Translations under genes and position numbers: made by a program
Shown: one piece after another, positions 48,900 through 60,314 of the stretch
Numbering within the stretch: the first letter of the stretch is position 1
How the letters are laid out: the number at the start of each line of letters is the position of its first letter
Assembly: GCF_000142905.1 (NCBI RefSeq)
Contig: NW_013657662.1
Coordinates: forward strand, 372,001 to 436,000
Direction: 5' to 3'
Length of the DNA: 64,000 nt
From: Thecamonas trahens ATCC 50062
Lineage: Eukaryota > Protista > Apusomonadida
The notes under the pieces: model-generated
Seen by the model: only the letters and a program-made list of their open reading frames with translations
Told to the model about the DNA's origin: nothing
The model's database searches: none

Positions 48900-49549
48900 A
48901 TGGCTCTTCTGCACCAGTACCTGCACCAGACTGTGTCTGTTATCACCAATGATGGTCGTGTGCTTGTGGTATGCTACGTGGGGGAGCGGGGGGGGGGGGT
49001 CAGGAAAAGGCCTTGGCTGTGGCGACTGCAGCGGACTGATCGTGGCCGTGATCAACTTGGCTGCGGTGGCGCAGTGGCTCTTGGCGGGGAAGGGGGAACG
49101 CAGGCTAGGGAAAGAAGGAAGGCAAACAGATGAGACTCACCACATTGATGCGGGCGCGGGCGAATGCTGAATGTGGGTCTGTGGGCGGGGCAATAGGGGG
49201 TGCTCAAGGCCTTTGACCAGGTGACCAACGTGGTGCTCGACGAGTGCCACGAGCGGGTGTACTCGCTCGATGCTGGTGTCACCACCCTCCCGCTTGGAGT
49301 CTACATTCTCCGTGGCGACAATGTGTACGTCCTCGCCATGCTCTTGATGTGTGCCCTAACTGTTCTCCTCCCCCCTTCCTTCCCTCCCCCTCGCTGCTTA
49401 GCCTCTATCACTCACACTCTGTCTTGCTATTGGACGACGAGTCGGACAGGGCCATGATTGGGGCAATCGATGAAGAGCTGGACGCGAGCCTGGATCTGTC
49501 GCAGATCCGAGCAGCACCGCTGCCGCCCATTGTGCACACACTGATGTGA
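48900..49549 (+). CDS. LSM8: U6 snRNA-associated Sm-like protein LSm8; exons 48900-48968, 49197-49324, 49450-49549
   Basis: Spliced product reads TVSVITNDGRVLV|GVLKAFDQVTNVVLDECHERVYS...LGVYILRGDNV|AMIGAIDEELDASLDLSQIRAAPL. Confidence 0.93.
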
Positions 49550-49811
49550 GAACTGCGGCTGCTCCGTTTTTTCCCCGTGCATGCAGGTCGGCTATACGGC
49601 GGGCGAGGAACCTTGGTTCCATCAGCAGACGACGCGCGCTGCCGAATTCATGCGAAGTGGGCACCGCAGCGGTTTCAGGGAAAGGATGCCAGACTCGGAG
49701 GCGGTTCGCTGGAAGCTGGTGCAGGAGGGGACAAAACCAGCTCCGATACTGGCGGGATGGCCGTCGCATCGGTAGGTACACATCCCAAGAGTAGATCGGC
49801 AATTGATCAGC

Positions 49812-50258
49812 ATGGCCCAGCTCGAAGCAACCGACGACGCGATCGAGGCGTTCAACTCGCTGCGGCGAGCCGGTGGCGGCGCGTTTGTGACTTTGGTGCT
49901 CGGCGAGAGCATCACTCTCGGTGAGACGCACCTGCCCGGTCCGGACGGGCAGACGATGGCGTACGAGGAGTTTGTCAACTCACTCCGCGACGACACGCCG
50001 CGGTTCATCTTCTACAACTTTGCCTTTGAGACGACTACCGGTGGCTCACGGCTCAAGGTCCTGCTTATCAAGTGGGTGCCTGGGCGGACGACGCGGGTTG
50101 ACAAGATGCGGTACTCAATGTGGTCGTCGTCGGTCAAGGCGGCCTTCAAGGGTGCGCACTGCACCGTCCAGGCCAATGGCGTCGATGACCTCGACTACCT
50201 CACCGTCCTCGAGCGGGCGGCCAAGTTTGAGCGCGATCCAGTCGTCGGCCTCGCTTAG
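49812..50258 (+). CDS. ADF/cofilin family protein
   Basis: YEEFVNSL..TPRFIFYNF, KVLLIKWVP...DKMRYS, VQANGVDDLD. Confidence 0.88.
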   Translation: MAQLEATDDAIEAFNSLRRAGGGAFVTLVLGESITLGETHLPGPDGQTMAYEEFVNSLRDDTPRFIFYNFAFETTTGGSRLKVLLIKWVPGRTTRVDKMRYSMWSSSVKAAFKGAHCTVQANGVDDLDYLTVLERAAKFERDPVVGLA

Positions 50259-50423
50259 ACTTGTACTGCATCAACTGCGTGTTGTACCAGACCAATGAAC
50301 TTGTTTGTCTTTCCGTATCACTCGCTACCGCCGTGTGTATGGCTGTGGAACGGTACGCTGAGCTGTGGGCGGGCACCAGGCGGTGTGGACACAGACGGAC
50401 CTCGCCACTCTTGACTCTTCTAC

Positions 50424-51086
50424 ATGGCCATGGCGTCTGGAGAGCAGAAGCAGCAGCTGGCAGCAGCCTTCAAGGTCTTTGTCCAATACGCTGGTGCATC
50501 TGCAGGCAACCTGTCCAAGGAGGTACGTGGCGTGTCCCCGTCCCGCCTCCACCACCTGACCCCCCCCTCCCTGTCCCCCTTGTCCGCCTTCTCGGGCTGC
50601 CTTCTCGCGGCCGAACAACACGTAGGGCGTACTGTGGACAGCAAGTGGCATGTGACTTATGTGAGTGTGTTTGTATGTGTGGCGATGGTGGGGTGGTGGT
50701 GGGGCGATGGTTGGTGGTGCCGGTGGGGGTGATGGTGATGGCGCTGGCCATGTCGATGATTGGGTGATGGTGCTGCGGATGATGTCGATGATGTGATGAA
50801 CGTCGATGGCGGGGTCATGGTGGGGCGATGCATGGAGCAGGACTGTGCCAAGGTCTCGCCTGTGCTGGAGGAGATGTATGATGAAATCAACACCAACAAG
50901 TCGGACACCATCACCAAGCGCGAGTGGCTCGAGTACTGGACCAACTACCCCGAGTTTGAGAAGAACGATATCGTCACGCCCATCGTCTCGCTGGCAAAGT
51001 CTTGCAAGGAAGAACTGCTGCGCAACGAGCGCGAGACGTACCGCCAGAAGGAGGACGATCCGTGCTACTTTCCTGGTCTCGAGTAG
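50424..51086 (+). CDS. Small EF-hand protein; intron 50523-50840
   Basis: GTACGT..GCAG joins NLSKE|DCAKV; EF loop NTNKSDTITKRE. Confidence 0.75.
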
Positions 51087-51202
51087 TTCACATCGCTACG
51101 TCACGTTGGCGTTGAGCTCTTTGTGGTCTTACTCGCCATGACGGAGCTCGGGCTGAGACAGCGCGGGAGACCGCAATTGCCTTGGCTGGTGGAAGGAGAT
51201 AC

Positions 51203-51937
51203 TCAGGCCTCGACGGGTGCTGCTATGGGATTGAACTTGTAGAGCGCATCAAAGACACGAAAGGTGATGCGGGGCGGGAGCTTCTTGTCGACAAAGGTCA
51301 TCCACTTTGAGTCAATGTCGAGCGGATCGGTGATCAAGACAATGACCACCGACGGGACAAAGCCATTGTCGCTCCCCATCCCCAGTCGCATCTTCTCATT
51401 CATCGCCGAGCCAAGGATAAGCCCCACCGAGGGTGCGTTCAACTCGTCATCCACCTCCACACATCCATTAACCCGTGCCCGAATGGCCTCGAGTACTGCC
51501 TGCGGATCAAAGCCATCGCCATCACTCGCCCGACTTTGTCCGCCATCATCATCCCCATCGCCTTCTCCACCACGACTCTTCCCAGAATGCCAAACACGAA
51601 ATGCCTGCGCAAGGCTCTTGACCATACCACACACCCTCATCTCCACCTTGCCTGCGTCCGCGTCCGCCATCAGCTCGGTCCGTCCCACTGCAGCCATGAT
51701 GACGTCAACGAGAGCTGTCACGACAAGTACGTCCAAGCGCTCCCACCCCCCCCCCTTACCCCCTTGCGCACGCACGCTTTCCGTTTCCCGTTTCTCCATC
51801 TGCTCGCGCTCCCTGTGACTGAATGAAAAAGGAAGGTTCGGTGATGGGTCGGTGGTCGGCGGGTTGGCTGGTCGGTTGGTCGGCTGTCTGCCAAGCGACT
51901 CGAAACGCAGCCTTGGTCCTCGGTGCTTATCGCTCAT
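51203..51937 (-). CDS. Hypothetical protein; 5' structure uncertain
   Basis: Globular-looking ORF with no recognised domain. Confidence 0.45.
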   Translation of the reverse strand: MSDKHRGPRLRFESLGRQPTNRPANPPTTDPSPNLPFSFSHREREQMEKRETESVRAQGGKGGGWERLDVLVVTALVDVIMAAVGRTELMADADAGKVEMRVCGMVKSLAQAFRVWHSGKSRGGEGDGDDDGGQSRASDGDGFDPQAVLEAIRARVNGCVEVDDELNAPSVGLILGSAMNEKMRLGMGSDNGFVPSVVIVLITDPLDIDSKWMTFVDKKLPPRITFRVFDALYKFNPIAAPVEA

Positions 51938-52041
51938 CTCATCCTTTGTGGCGCGAGAGGAGAAGAGAGAAGGGGAAGTCGACGGAGCTTGTGGTTGGAA
52001 GTTAGGGAAGGTAATCACGTGTGAGCTGGTGGGGGGGGGGC

Positions 52042-53186
52042 ATGGCTGCATTGCCTCCTTCGGTGTCTGTTGTTCCGCAAGGTGGTTGCCCGGCAGGTGA
52101 TGATGACATCGAGCTGCCGCTGCTGGCGGTGGCCACGCAAAGCTCGCGATTTGCTTGGACTGGGCCGCGGAATGGCAACAGGGGGACAGATCGTAATTCT
52201 GACAATGACAGGGCTGCGTCCAACGAGGGTGGACTCAGCGGGGAGCAGAGTCAGATGGGGTTGGAACCGAGGAGGAGCTGGCTGCAGGTGCCGGAGCGCT
52301 GGCGCGGTATCGCGACGGCTTATGGGTTGCCATCAACACCCGCCGGATGATCAAGGCTCTGGTTGGCTGCGGACTCTTGACTTGGATCGTGACCTGGACC
52401 ATGGCGTTTTCGATCGGCTATGCAGATGGCGGGGCAGTGTTCGCGCTGTCCATGCCGCCTGCCATGCTGGTGGTGAGCTACTGCCTGATCTGGGGCACGA
52501 TTGCTCGCGAGGCTGACTCGGACTCGCGAATCGGAACAGCAATGTGCGTCCTTGGCCCGCTGATGGTGGCGATCATGGTCGGCGGCGCATATCTCACCTT
52601 CTGGATTTCGACATTTTTGGCGGTCTATCGCGGCCCGTTGCCGCAGGCCAGAAGCGCCGAGATGCAGGCCATGCTCTCGCCGTCTGTGGTTTGGGCCGAT
52701 CTGGAGCCGTCGTCATACGAGGTCCTGACCAAGTATCGTGTCCGCGTTCGGTTCAAATCGGGCAAGCAAAAGGGGAAGACTCATTACGCTATGGCGCCTT
52801 TGGTTCCTGCCTGTCCTCCTCCCGGGTGTAGCGGTGTGCGGACGGTGGCCTTGTGGGTCGTCGGCTGCCCGACATCGAGTTGCCAGGCAAGAGTCCCGGC
52901 CATCACCGGGATGACCAACCACCTCAACCTCGGCCGGCGCGACATCCACACCTTTGTTCCGACCTCCAACAGGTTTGGGCGTGGAATCTCGGCTGCAACA
53001 GCAAAGTTTGACAACATGACGGTGGCAGCAACCGACATGGCCGTCTTTGAGCTCACCGATCTCACTCGGGTCCGCAGGCAGCTAGCGCTGGTCGGCTTTC
53101 TTGTCCCAGGTATTCTCCCCATCCTTGCGTTTGGGTGCTGCTGGCGGATCTGGAAGGCAGCGTCCGACCCGGAGCCAGAGTTCTAG
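52042..53186 (+). CDS. Hypothetical membrane protein; probable frameshift near 52346 joining the upstream ORF
   Basis: ORF 52347-53186 has about four TM segments. Upstream ORF MAALPPSV...PSTPAG abuts it in the -1 frame. Confidence 0.55.
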
Positions 53187-55344
53187 CTGGCGGGGACGGC
53201 TCCGCGGCGAGCGATGCGCATGGCCTCGCGCTGTTCCTCGGGCGAGACGATGCCGTTCTTGGACTCACCGTCGACGCCGATGTAGGTGCTGGAGACCGGC
53301 TCGAGAGTGTCCCAGTTGAATTGGAAGCCGCAGCCGCCTTTGCGCACGGCATCGACGATGGAACCGTGTGCATTGTTGCCACAGAGGATGACATTGCAGC
53401 CCGAGACGCGCTCGATGCTTGTGCCGCAGCACGGGCAGCGCTTGCCGGTCCGGCTCAGCGCGGTGAGCGTTGCTTCGTCGACATCGGCGCCCTCAGCGCA
53501 GGCATGGAGCTCGTCAGGCGCGACGAGTACGTGGCACTCGACGCAGACAAGGGCGCCGCAGCGGCAAATGCCCGGGCGGATGACACGGCGGCGGTCAGTG
53601 CCGTCGGTGCCGACCCGCAGCGAGTATTCGGGCTCGCGGTGGAGGAGTACGTTGCCGCACTCGGCTGGGCATGCAAAGAGCAGCGCCTCGCCAGCGGCAC
53701 GGCGCTGCTCGCGGATAACCCGCAGTCGAATGTCGTCTGATATGACGGCCCGGCGAGCAAGAAAGGTCAGCGTCTTCTCCTCGATGCGCCCGGTGACCGG
53801 CAGCTCGGCGCCGGCGTCGGCGCGGCATTGCGGACAGTAGGCCGGAAACTGGCCAAGCTCGAGCATCGAGTCAAGCGAGCGCTCGATGCAGTCTTCGCAG
53901 TAAAAATGATCGCATGTAGTGGCCAGTCCGTACTGCGCTGGGCCCCAGCAGATGAGACAAACAACGTCGTCGTCGAGGACCGGCGGCGCCTGCAGCGAAT
54001 CGACCCACTGCGAGGTCCGCCCGCTGCCGCGGCACATCCAACAGACTTGCTCAAGCTGCAGCGCGGTCGATGGACCGGCGTCATCGGTCGAGCTGCAGCT
54101 GGATGTCGGTGAGTCCGGCGCAACCTGACCCGAGTTGGCACGGACGAGCGAGGGAAAGTCGATCGAGCCCGCAGGAGTGAGCGCAACCCGAGTCGTTTTG
54201 TTGGCGCGCATGCCTTCGGCGTCGATGACGGCAGTGAGTTTTCCCTCGCCCTTGCACACTCCGCACGGAGCATCCGAGCCGAGCTCGAACAGCTGGTTCC
54301 GCTGCATCTCTAGCGCCGCTGAGCCAGGCGGGACCAGGTGGGTGATGTCGTCGAGCTCGACGGTCTCAGGCTCAAGTACGTTGAGGACGGCGGCGTCGCG
54401 CTCGATGGCGTCAATGATGTGCTGCAGCTGTCGAAGCACTGGGCTTGAGGCCGGGTCCAAGCCGGCCTCGGACGCCAGGGCTGCCAGCTCGCGAGCGCGA
54501 TCGAGCTCCATGTCTTCGTGAGCCTCGGCCAGGAGCTCGCGGACGAGATCGGCCAGCTGGGCTTCGGCCCGGCCAACAATTGCTCCTGGACTTGGCCTGC
54601 CGGCACTAGCCGCATGTCGCTGACAGCCTTGAGCCACTTACGGAGGCAATCTATATCCCGCGCCGCCGCGGCCTGTCCGAGCTCGTCGTAGACTTGGATG
54701 TGGATCCGCTCCGCGAGCTCGACGACAATATCCTCAACCTCGGCTGCCCGTGGGCTGGACCTAGCCATTGCCACCATGTTCATAACACTCTCGGATGAGG
54801 GCGGTGGCTCGCGAGTGGCCTCAGCGGCCAGACACTTGCGCAACGCAGCGACGACCTCATCGTCATCGTGCGACAAGCCAAAGCTGAGGGCAACAGCATT
54901 CGCCCGCTTCAGCTGATTAAAAGTCAGCGGCCTATCCCACAACAACAAGTTGACAGTCGCTCTCCCTGCGATCTCGATGAGCTCTGCCACCTGAGGATCG
55001 TTGTCGGCGAAGCCCTGGCGCGGAGCGATGGCGTTGATGACAGCGCTCCTGGCAAGCTCCAAGGCATCAATGAGCGGCTCAGCATCGATTTCTATCCCGA
55101 TTTCCCCCAGTTCTTGGCAGCATCCCTTCAGCTGCTCTTCTGCTGCCTCTCTCCGTCGGCTGGCCTCTGCCAAAGCCTCCCTGGCCCTGGCGACCAAGCG
55201 ATGGCCTGGCGGAACACCGGCGGCCTCTGCCGCCGCCAGAGCTCGGGTCAGCGTCCCGACTCGACCAGCCAGCACAGCATGTTGTAGCCTCTGATGCGCA
55301 GCCGCATGTGTTTCCACCCGTGCCCTCAGTGCCGCGTTGCCCAT
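53183..55344 (-). CDS. RBR (RING1-IBR-RING2) E3 ubiquitin ligase; apparent frameshift near 54571
   Basis: CLICW..CDHFYCEDC..CPQC; FACPAECG..CRCG..CVECH; KRCPCCGTSIERVSGCNVILC. N-terminal helical part lies in ORF 54310-55344 and starts MGNAA. Confidence 0.85.
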
Positions 55345-55555
55345 GCTTGGCCTCGGCTCGTTGGCCCTGTCAAGACCGGAGTTGAGTGTCGAGTGGCAGT
55401 CGGAGGGACGGGCGGAAGGAGGGGGACGGGAGATGATGAGGCGGAAGGGGGATCGGGCAGATTAGTGTGTTTGCTTCCTATGTCCATGTGCTTGCTTATC
55501 AGCTAGTGTATTGACGACGACCCGTCGCACACGAGTGGTGATGGAAGCGGTGAGA

Positions 55556-56461
55556 TCACTGTGGCGAGGCCGGGCTCATGTTTCGGGGTGACGCGCGCGA
55601 GGTCGTGACCTTGCTGCGTTCGCGGTGTGCCTTTGCCTCTTGGGAGAAGACCTTTCTTGCGTTCTGGGCGAGCATGATCTTAGCCCGCACCACAGGCCTG
55701 GACTTGTTGGGCAGGATCTTGCCTTGCCGCTTGTGCACGTGCTTGATCGTGCCCTTTGCACGGACCCAACCAGCGCTGTTGATGGACCGCAAGATTGGAT
55801 CGGTATTGTCGACAAACGAAAAGAACTTCATCATGCTAAACTGCGCCCCGAATCGCTCATCAGGCACATATCGAAGATGCTTGTCAGCGGCGGACATTGC
55901 AGGCGCAGGGACGTGCTCGACGAGGAGCGAGACTTGCACCTCGTTCTCAGAAGTGTCGAGGAAGAGATATGCAAGTGTGCCCTCGATCGTCACCTTGGCC
56001 ACAAACGGCAAGTTGCGGTGTGACTCTTCCTGCCGGAAAATGTTGAGCAAAGTGCCTGCATCCGGCCCGACGACCCGCAGCTTGTCGGCCCGACGAAGCG
56101 CAGCAGCCATCCAAGGCTGGCTCACCACATTGAAGGCGAGTGACGGTCGCTGACAGACACGATGGCGATCCTCTCGAAAGACATCGACAGGCATGCCCCT
56201 CCTGTCCACAAGGTGCACTCGCAAGTGCGTGGCTGCAAACGGCTCCGGGTTTGCCAGCTCAATTACTCGATTCGTCACCGAGTGTGACGTCGACTCGGCC
56301 TTTGTCGAAGTCGGCATGCTCAACATCTCCACCACGGGCGCGGGCTGTGGGTTCCCCTTTGAGAAAGATTTCCTCATGCCCTTGACATTGTGTTTCTCAA
56401 AGGCCAAGCTTTTAGAAAAGGTAATTTGCCTGTGCTGGCTCTCGATGTCCATACCAGGCAA
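55556..56461 (-). CDS. Hypothetical protein
   Basis: About 300-aa ORF with no recognised domain. Confidence 0.5.
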   Translation of the reverse strand: MPGMDIESQHRQITFSKSLAFEKHNVKGMRKSFSKGNPQPAPVVEMLSMPTSTKAESTSHSVTNRVIELANPEPFAATHLRVHLVDRRGMPVDVFREDRHRVCQRPSLAFNVVSQPWMAAALRRADKLRVVGPDAGTLLNIFRQEESHRNLPFVAKVTIEGTLAYLFLDTSENEVQVSLLVEHVPAPAMSAADKHLRYVPDERFGAQFSMMKFFSFVDNTDPILRSINSAGWVRAKGTIKHVHKRQGKILPNKSRPVVRAKIMLAQNARKVFSQEAKAHRERSKVTTSRASPRNMSPASPQ

Positions 56462-56712
56462 GGAGAGCGAGAAGAGTGTGGCGAATACCGAAATGCTCGA
56501 CGCGTTCCTCCTTCGCCGTTTTTTTGTTCCTCCACGACGTCACACCAAACTGCAACCGCCCGATTGCACTTTTGGCCTTAGATTTGCACTCTCGCGAGGA
56601 GATAAAACAGCACCGCGACCGCCTCCAATAGCGCTTCCCTACCTGCGGTATCACACATCATTACCTGGTCCCTCATCAATCGCACGTACGTCGCAGTAAG
56701 AACAACAAAACA

Positions 56713-57810
56713 ATGGTCAAGGCCCGCACCAAACCCACGTCGCGTGGCCGTGCCCCAAATCAGGGGAAGCGCAACATGTTCGGAAAGGTGATGCGAGTCC
56801 TTTTCCCCCACACCATGGACAAGGCCACGAGGACCGCGCGGAAGGCGGCGCTCACTAAGGCCATTATGGCGAAAACCAACGGCATGCCCGCTGCAACAAT
56901 CGACCAGCTCACACTCGGCTTGCGGTCCCTTCTTGCCGCAGACTCGTCGCTCCCGGCCAGGACGACTAGCACCCTCCTGACTCCAGATGTCAGCGCAGGC
57001 ATCGTCCAGGGATACGCATTCGAGCCGAGCGTCCGAGTCGTGGGCGAAGTCTCCCGGCCTGACAAGAACCACGACCTCCGCCGCGCGGCCGGCATGGAGG
57101 CAGTCATCACCACCGGCCGCGTCCCCATCGAGAGGTTTGTGGCCGAGGCTTCCGTTCGTCACCATCGCGCCAACCACACCAAAGTCAAGCGCGAGAAGAA
57201 GAAGTCTGCTAACGCTGGTAAGAACGACATGGCCATCGAGATTAGCCTGGCGCCAACCGTCGAAGAGGTCAAGTCAACAATCACGACCATCGCCAACAAC
57301 TTCTCAGGCCGAGCCCAGAAGATGCGCGACACAAGCTCGGGTGTGCAGCATGACGTGATGCCGCAACAGGTTGTGCCAACGACACCACCTGCTGCCCCGT
57401 ACGAGCCCATGCCCAACGACGTCTCACTCATGCAGACTCTCCTGGCCTCGCCTTGCCCAACACACGGCCCCGCCCTGCTTGCCGTGGGGATCCCGGGCTT
57501 GGAAAATGACGTTCCAGGTGTGTGGCCCATGAACATCCAGCAGATACTCCAGACGCCACCATCGCCAAGCCCGACGACAGCGTCCGTTGCCTCTACGGCA
57601 GTGGCTACGCCAACGTGTCAGGGAACATCCCCGCCACTCCTCGACTTTTCGATGAGTACAAATGTGGAGGGGGCATGCAATGACCTGGGACTTCTTCCCG
57701 AGATGGAGGTCACCACCGATAACAGCGTCTTCGACATCAACGACGAGCCGCTCTACTTTGCTTCTCATATCAACATTGACAAGGTGTATGGGCTTACCTC
57801 GCCTCAGTGA
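56713..57810 (+). CDS. Hypothetical protein (basic N-terminus, acidic Pro/Thr-rich C-terminus)
   Basis: 365-aa ORF with A-rich start context (AAAACAATGG). Confidence 0.6.
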   Translation: MVKARTKPTSRGRAPNQGKRNMFGKVMRVLFPHTMDKATRTARKAALTKAIMAKTNGMPAATIDQLTLGLRSLLAADSSLPARTTSTLLTPDVSAGIVQGYAFEPSVRVVGEVSRPDKNHDLRRAAGMEAVITTGRVPIERFVAEASVRHHRANHTKVKREKKKSANAGKNDMAIEISLAPTVEEVKSTITTIANNFSGRAQKMRDTSSGVQHDVMPQQVVPTTPPAAPYEPMPNDVSLMQTLLASPCPTHGPALLAVGIPGLENDVPGVWPMNIQQILQTPPSPSPTTASVASTAVATPTCQGTSPPLLDFSMSTNVEGACNDLGLLPEMEVTTDNSVFDINDEPLYFASHINIDKVYGLTSPQ

Positions 57811-58720
57811 GCGCTTGCAAGCGAGTTACAAGATCGTCCAGCGTGTGGATAACACAATCTTTCTCAACAAAGGGCGGAACCGCCTTACGGGCGTCTGTGC
57901 GGTGGATGAGGAGAGGGGAGAAGCCCGGTGCCGCAATTGCACCATGGTAGTCAGCCATGGAGTCTCCCACATGCAGCGCAGTGATGACTTCATCATCGCT
58001 GTCGGCATCATGCCACGGCAAACCGAGGTCGGCGGCGGCGTCAGCGGCGCGGGTGGCTGCGACAGCGAAGATGGCCGGATCTGGCTTGGGCGCTTTGACC
58101 GAGTGCGAGTCGACCACAAAGTCAAAGAACTTGGCCAGATCGAGCGAGGCGAGGGTGTCGTTGACCTTGGACGTCATGTTGGTAACGACACCAAGGATCG
58201 GGCGGGCACCAGTCGCCGGCAGCCTGATCTCCCGCAGCTCGCGAAGCGCAGGTTCAACATCGGGGTACATGGCATAGGCACCCGAGGTAGTAAAGTGCGT
58301 GACCAGATGATCAAACAGGCCGTCATTGATAAGGAGGCTGTTGATGGAGCCCAGAGCAGCATGGGCCGAGAGCGAGTCCGGGACAAGACCAGCATCATGA
58401 GCAGCATGGACCCCGTTCTCAAAGGTAGCACTCACCACCTCCCACCACCATCCATGATGATCAAGACCAGCTTCAGCACCAAAGTTGGGCAGTGACGCAT
58501 CAGTCGCCTTGTACGCCGCAAAAAAGGCAGTATCGAGCAGTGCAATGACCTCGGGTTGCCTCATCCACCAAAGTCGACTTGGCTCAGCGGTTGCCATGGC
58601 CTCGCCATAGTGACTCCCCACAGAGGCGCAAATGTAGGCCAGCGTGTCAGAGAAGTCGAGTGTCACCATCTGCACACGTGACAGTGCTCCGTTGCACGCC
58701 CACGTGCTAGCCCTTGCCAT
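57794..58720 (-). CDS. HAD-superfamily hydrolase (HDHD3/REG-2-like)
   Basis: VTLDFSDTL, LGVVTN, KPDPAIF, LHVGDS..DYHGA. Confidence 0.85.
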   Translation of the reverse strand: MARASTWACNGALSRVQMVTLDFSDTLAYICASVGSHYGEAMATAEPSRLWWMRQPEVIALLDTAFFAAYKATDASLPNFGAEAGLDHHGWWWEVVSATFENGVHAAHDAGLVPDSLSAHAALGSINSLLINDGLFDHLVTHFTTSGAYAMYPDVEPALRELREIRLPATGARPILGVVTNMTSKVNDTLASLDLAKFFDFVVDSHSVKAPKPDPAIFAVAATRAADAAADLGLPWHDADSDDEVITALHVGDSMADYHGAIAAPGFSPLLIHRTDARKAVPPFVEKDCVIHTLDDLVTRLQALTEAR

Positions 58721-58898
58721 GGGGTACCGGGCAAGAAGGGGGGGCGTGAGGTGGTGGTGGTGGTGTGGGCGGTGTGGGCGGTGTGGGCGGCGGGCGACGA
58801 GCGCGGCGGCGGTCGGCAAACATGGCTCGATCAGAGTTTGAATTGGTGTTGATGTGATCTACAGGGTGGTGTGGTTGAGGTTGTAGGGGGGGCTGTGA

Positions 58899-59438
58899 TT
58901 AGTCAAGCGGCTTGGTGCGCTTGCCGGGACGAGGATTGAGGGAGGCGGCATCGACCTCGGGCTCCTCACCCTCGTCGTCCATCGGCACGGCGGTTGAAGA
59001 TGCTGATACACTGCTGGCGGTTGTTGGCGTGTCTTCTGCGCGGCGCTTCGTCCGCGGGTGCTGGACATGACCGGCAACAAAGATGGCATCGCCGTGGAGC
59101 GGGTGGCCTGCGATCGCTACCGACTCGGACTCGCCGCTGCCACCCGACTTCAGCATGTACCGCGGCTCGTCGGCGGCAAGTTCCGACGACACTGCTCCGG
59201 CGCCGTCGGACAGGTATCGCACAGTGCGTCCGTTGATGACAGTCTCCATCATCGAGGTACCCTTGGGCAGGCTCTCGGTCCACGACGGCGAGTAGATCTG
59301 CTCGTCGTCCATCGGAATCGCCTCCTCAGCAGCCGCAGCCGATGGCGACGGCAGCGCATCAGGAGTGACCTGGAAGTTTTCACCCTGTCTGGTGTGAAAG
59401 TTGACCGTGTTTCCCTCGCCAGTAATGTGGCTTTCCAA
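58899..59438 (-). CDS. Hypothetical protein (partial or last exon)
   Basis: 179-aa ORF with coding-like composition and a C-terminal KRTK; start not resolved. Confidence 0.4.
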   Translation of the reverse strand: MESHITGEGNTVNFHTRQGENFQVTPDALPSPSAAAAEEAIPMDDEQIYSPSWTESLPKGTSMMETVINGRTVRYLSDGAGAVSSELAADEPRYMLKSGGSGESESVAIAGHPLHGDAIFVAGHVQHPRTKRRAEDTPTTASSVSASSTAVPMDDEGEEPEVDAASLNPRPGKRTKPLD

Positions 59439-60314
59439 GCCGCGCTGCTTCCGCTCGTACGTCAGCTCATTCGACTCTGCATCAGCCCGTTTCGTTCCCG
59501 ATGCGTAAGATCAGCTACCTCCCTCCCTACCTCCTCCTCCCCCCCCCACACACACACACCTGCAACTCTCTGATCTACTTACCCACCACGGTGGCCTGCG
59601 CCTGTCCGACCTGTGCGCTCTGCAAGTTCTTCAGCTTGGCATCCAGCCCTGCACTCGCAGCCGGAGCAGCCATGGCCACACATCCAAATTGCAACCCCAG
59701 CCACGATCACAGTCACGCGTTGCCATCACCATCGCCATCACCATCGCCAAGCCCCGTCATAGTCACGGTCACGGCCACGGTGACGGTCGTGATCACCCAC
59801 CCCATCACCATCACCATCATCATCCCGCTTCGCCCATATGAGTCCACGCCCGCACCAATCCCTCACGCCGGAATCCCAGCCTACATCCAACATACGCGCC
59901 AGGATGGAGTTGGCCTCGCTCTGGGCCAATCGACTCTGTCCAGCTGCCGCAGCCTGGCTGCTCGAGCTCGCCGCCGAGCTCCTTGCACGCTCCGAGAGCC
60001 GCTGATGGGCGTAGGGATCCATATCAAGGTCAAGAACACACAACTGCTCCTCTGTTACGGTGTGGTTTGTGCCGTCTTGTCAACCTGGACAGTGCTTGAG
60101 TTGTAGTAGGCTTGGCTGGCGAGAGGTGTGTGCTCCGGTGTGTTCAGGAAGGTGAGCCCGCCGGCGGCCGACGAGGAGTACACGCCGGCGCTGGGGCAAT
60201 TGGCTGGAGTCGCGGCGTTGGTGACCAAGCAGCCTGATCCAGGTACTGTTAAGGCCTAAAAGCAAGTCGGTGGACAGACTACAAGAGGCTGGACGCGTGG
60301 TGTTTATCATTGCT

